From: Mytilus edulis
Taxonomy: Eukaryota
Direction of reading: 5' to 3'
DNA: 64,000 nucleotides
Assembly (NCBI RefSeq): GCF_963676685.1
Contig: NC_092345.1
Location: 94,054,001-94,118,000 of the forward strand
Position numbers and translations under genes: made by a program. The notes under the pieces were generated by a model. That model ran no database searches and was not told where the DNA came from. It worked only from the letters and a program-made list of their open reading frames with translations. Below, one piece after another: positions 62,311 to 64,000 of the stretch (position 1 is the stretch's first letter; each line of letters opens with the position of its first letter).

Positions 62311-63635
62311 TGATTGTTCAATGGACAATAGTACTGAATGTGTCCTATCTCATTACATTTATAGCAGACTCTATCAGTCGTGCTGTTTTGATTCCTATAA
62401 TACCTTCCTCTGCCCCTATTATTAAACCTAGGAGGCCTATTTTGATAATATCCGTTCCTATTTTCAGTTTCTGTATTAACATGTTTAAGTTGACTTAATT
62501 TTTCATCAATTAGTTTAGCAACTTGATCAAGAGTTAATAACTCTGTACTTTCCTTTTTATTATCCTTAATTGCTTGAATGGGGACTTCATTGCTAGTTAG
62601 CATTGGCTTTCTCATATTATTTTGAGGATTGATAAATGCTTCATATTCAATTGCGTATGAAATTGCAGAATCCAACGTGTTTGCACGTTGAAACTGGACA
62701 TGCTTTTGTAAATCCAAGTTATTTAATCCTCTAATGAATTTATTTATAAGAACTTTTTCCATCATTTCAGAATCTTGTTTTTCATTTGGAAAAGCCAAGT
62801 AACCTAACCTTCTTAAAGCTTGACCATACTCAGAAACAGTTTCGTCTTTAGAATGTCTTCTTGCTTCAAATTCGCAAACATATGCGGCTTCTCTTTCTCT
62901 AGGATTAAATCTATTATTTAAACTTTCTTTAATTTTATTATAATTTCCAAGGTCTTGTTTACTTAAAGTACTCAAAATTTTCTGAGCAGGACCTCTTAGA
63001 CTCATAACAATTTGTTTAGCTCTTTCTAAATCATTCCATTCATTCCATTCTGCAACTTGTTCAAAATGAACCAAATAGTCTTGCCAGTCAATAGTTTTGC
63101 CATCAAATGATTGAGGCTCTTTTTCTCTTCTTACTATACGTTTTTCATGTAAGGTAACAGGTTTTGGCCAGTTATCAAGAGAAGATGTGTGCTTAACCCC
63201 TTCATGCCTATTTAAATCATAACTGGGGTATTTGTCAGTTGAATACCTATTTAAGGATTGATAGTCCTCTGAAAATGTATCCTTATCAACATATCTCTTG
63301 TTTGGGGGATAATCTGATCCTTGGTTCTTGTTTAATCTATCCCTATCATCATACAATTCATAACTTGGTCTCCTACTAAAATGTGGTTCTTGGTATCTTT
63401 TTGGAGTAAATTTTCTATCTACTTTATAATCTGGATGTTTCAATATAGATTTATCCCTTACAGAATCATCATAGGTTTCAGATAAAGTAACAAATGATTT
63501 TAATGGAGTACTGAAATTGAAATCTTTTTCATGTCTATACTTAACTTCATCTTTATCTGAAAATCTATCAGAATGCTCAATTTTTGCTTTATCATGCTGG
63601 CTTATACCGCTTGCATAATCTATTGAATATGCCAT
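62298..63635 (-). CDS. gag: Gypsy gag
   Basis: ATG at 63635; FDGKTIDWQDYLVHFEQVAEWNEW capsid region; CYKCNEIGHIQYYC zinc knuckle. Confidence 0.93.
   Translation of the reverse strand: MAYSIDYASGISQHDKAKIEHSDRFSDKDEVKYRHEKDFNFSTPLKSFVTLSETYDDSVRDKSILKHPDYKVDRKFTPKRYQEPHFSRRPSYELYDDRDRLNKNQGSDYPPNKRYVDKDTFSEDYQSLNRYSTDKYPSYDLNRHEGVKHTSSLDNWPKPVTLHEKRIVRREKEPQSFDGKTIDWQDYLVHFEQVAEWNEWNDLERAKQIVMSLRGPAQKILSTLSKQDLGNYNKIKESLNNRFNPREREAAYVCEFEARRHSKDETVSEYGQALRRLGYLAFPNEKQDSEMMEKVLINKFIRGLNNLDLQKHVQFQRANTLDSAISYAIEYEAFINPQNNMRKPMLTSNEVPIQAIKDNKKESTELLTLDQVAKLIDEKLSQLKHVNTETENRNGYYQNRPPRFNNRGRGRYYRNQNSTTDRVCYKCNEIGHIQYYCPLNNQGND
62304..62310 (-). promoter_or_regulatory. -1 ribosomal frameshift slippery site G GGA AAC
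   Basis: In the gag frame just before the gag stop, within the gag/pol overlap; followed by an AGCTGA...TCAGCT stem. Confidence 0.75.
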
Positions 63636-63671
63636 TTTACAAAATAACAGAAATGTTAAGGGCAATTTGTA

Positions 63672-63685
63672 TGGTCACGGCACCA
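63672..63685 (-). promoter_or_regulatory. Primer-binding site, tRNA-His-like
   Basis: TGGTGCCGTGACCA, 3 nt inside the 5' LTR boundary; complementary to the ...TGGTCACGGCA-CCA 3' end of invertebrate tRNA-His as I recall it. Confidence 0.8.
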
Positions 63686-63688
63686 AAA

Positions 63689-64000
63689 TGTGAACGGACT
63701 GATCTAACATTCAAGTAAAAGTAACGTTTTCCGGATACCTTTTTACTTAATGCCAGCGCAGCCACGAAATACCAAATAAACCCAGGTTCTTTACATAAAC
63801 AATGAAGACCAGTTCTGCCCTGGACACCTTGTCACACTAGGGGACAAGTGTCTACAACAACCGACATAACGGACAATTCTCTGGGAGGACAAAGCTAATA
63901 CTTGACCGGATAATGATTTGGGCAAGTATAAGCCAGCATTCTAGGAAAAGAAGTCTTAAAGAAATAATACCTCAATAATCATATTTATTTCATACCAAAA
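63689..64000 (-). repeat. Gypsy 5' LTR (partial)
   Basis: Matches 56431-56742. Confidence 0.95.

Larger units (their letters stand above)
56431..64000 (-). mobile_element. Ty3/Gypsy LTR retrotransposon in a kinesin intron (5' LTR runs off the window)
   Basis: 3' LTR 56431-57260; 5' LTR from 63689, no difference seen over the visible 312 bp; PPT TTAAGTGGGGAGGAA next to 57260; PBS present; gag, then pol PR-RT-RH-IN. Confidence 0.97.

Overview
AT-rich eukaryotic DNA; the repeat families suggest a bivalve mollusc, probably Mytilus-like (inference, not a database match). Host genes: (1) 5' part of a minus-strand ankyrin-repeat gene (ATG at 426, runs off the left edge); (2) a complete 17-exon CCDC177-like coiled-coil gene on + (16002-33193, ~644 aa); (3) the stalk/tail exons of kinesin-1 heavy chain on - (56032 down to stop at 47645, motor exons outside the window). 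Two young LTR retrotransposons: a full-length BEL/Pao element (5971-14207; 635-bp LTRs, CTATT TSD, disrupted gag-pol, 774-bp DNA-transposon insert) and a Gypsy element in a kinesin intron (56431 to beyond 64000) with gag, pol and an extra spliced-looking ORF3 with two C2H2 zinc fingers. Many MITEs, Helentron-like satellite-carrying elements, SINEs and a LINE 3' fragment. Most notable: the Gypsy zinc-finger ORF3, a ~21-copy tandem array of a kinesin splice donor, a ~450-bp-arm gapless inverted repeat with two identity strata, a Transib/RAG-like MITE with asymmetric RSS-like ends, and a BEL element with no tRNA primer-binding site. All coordinates and alignments were read by eye.
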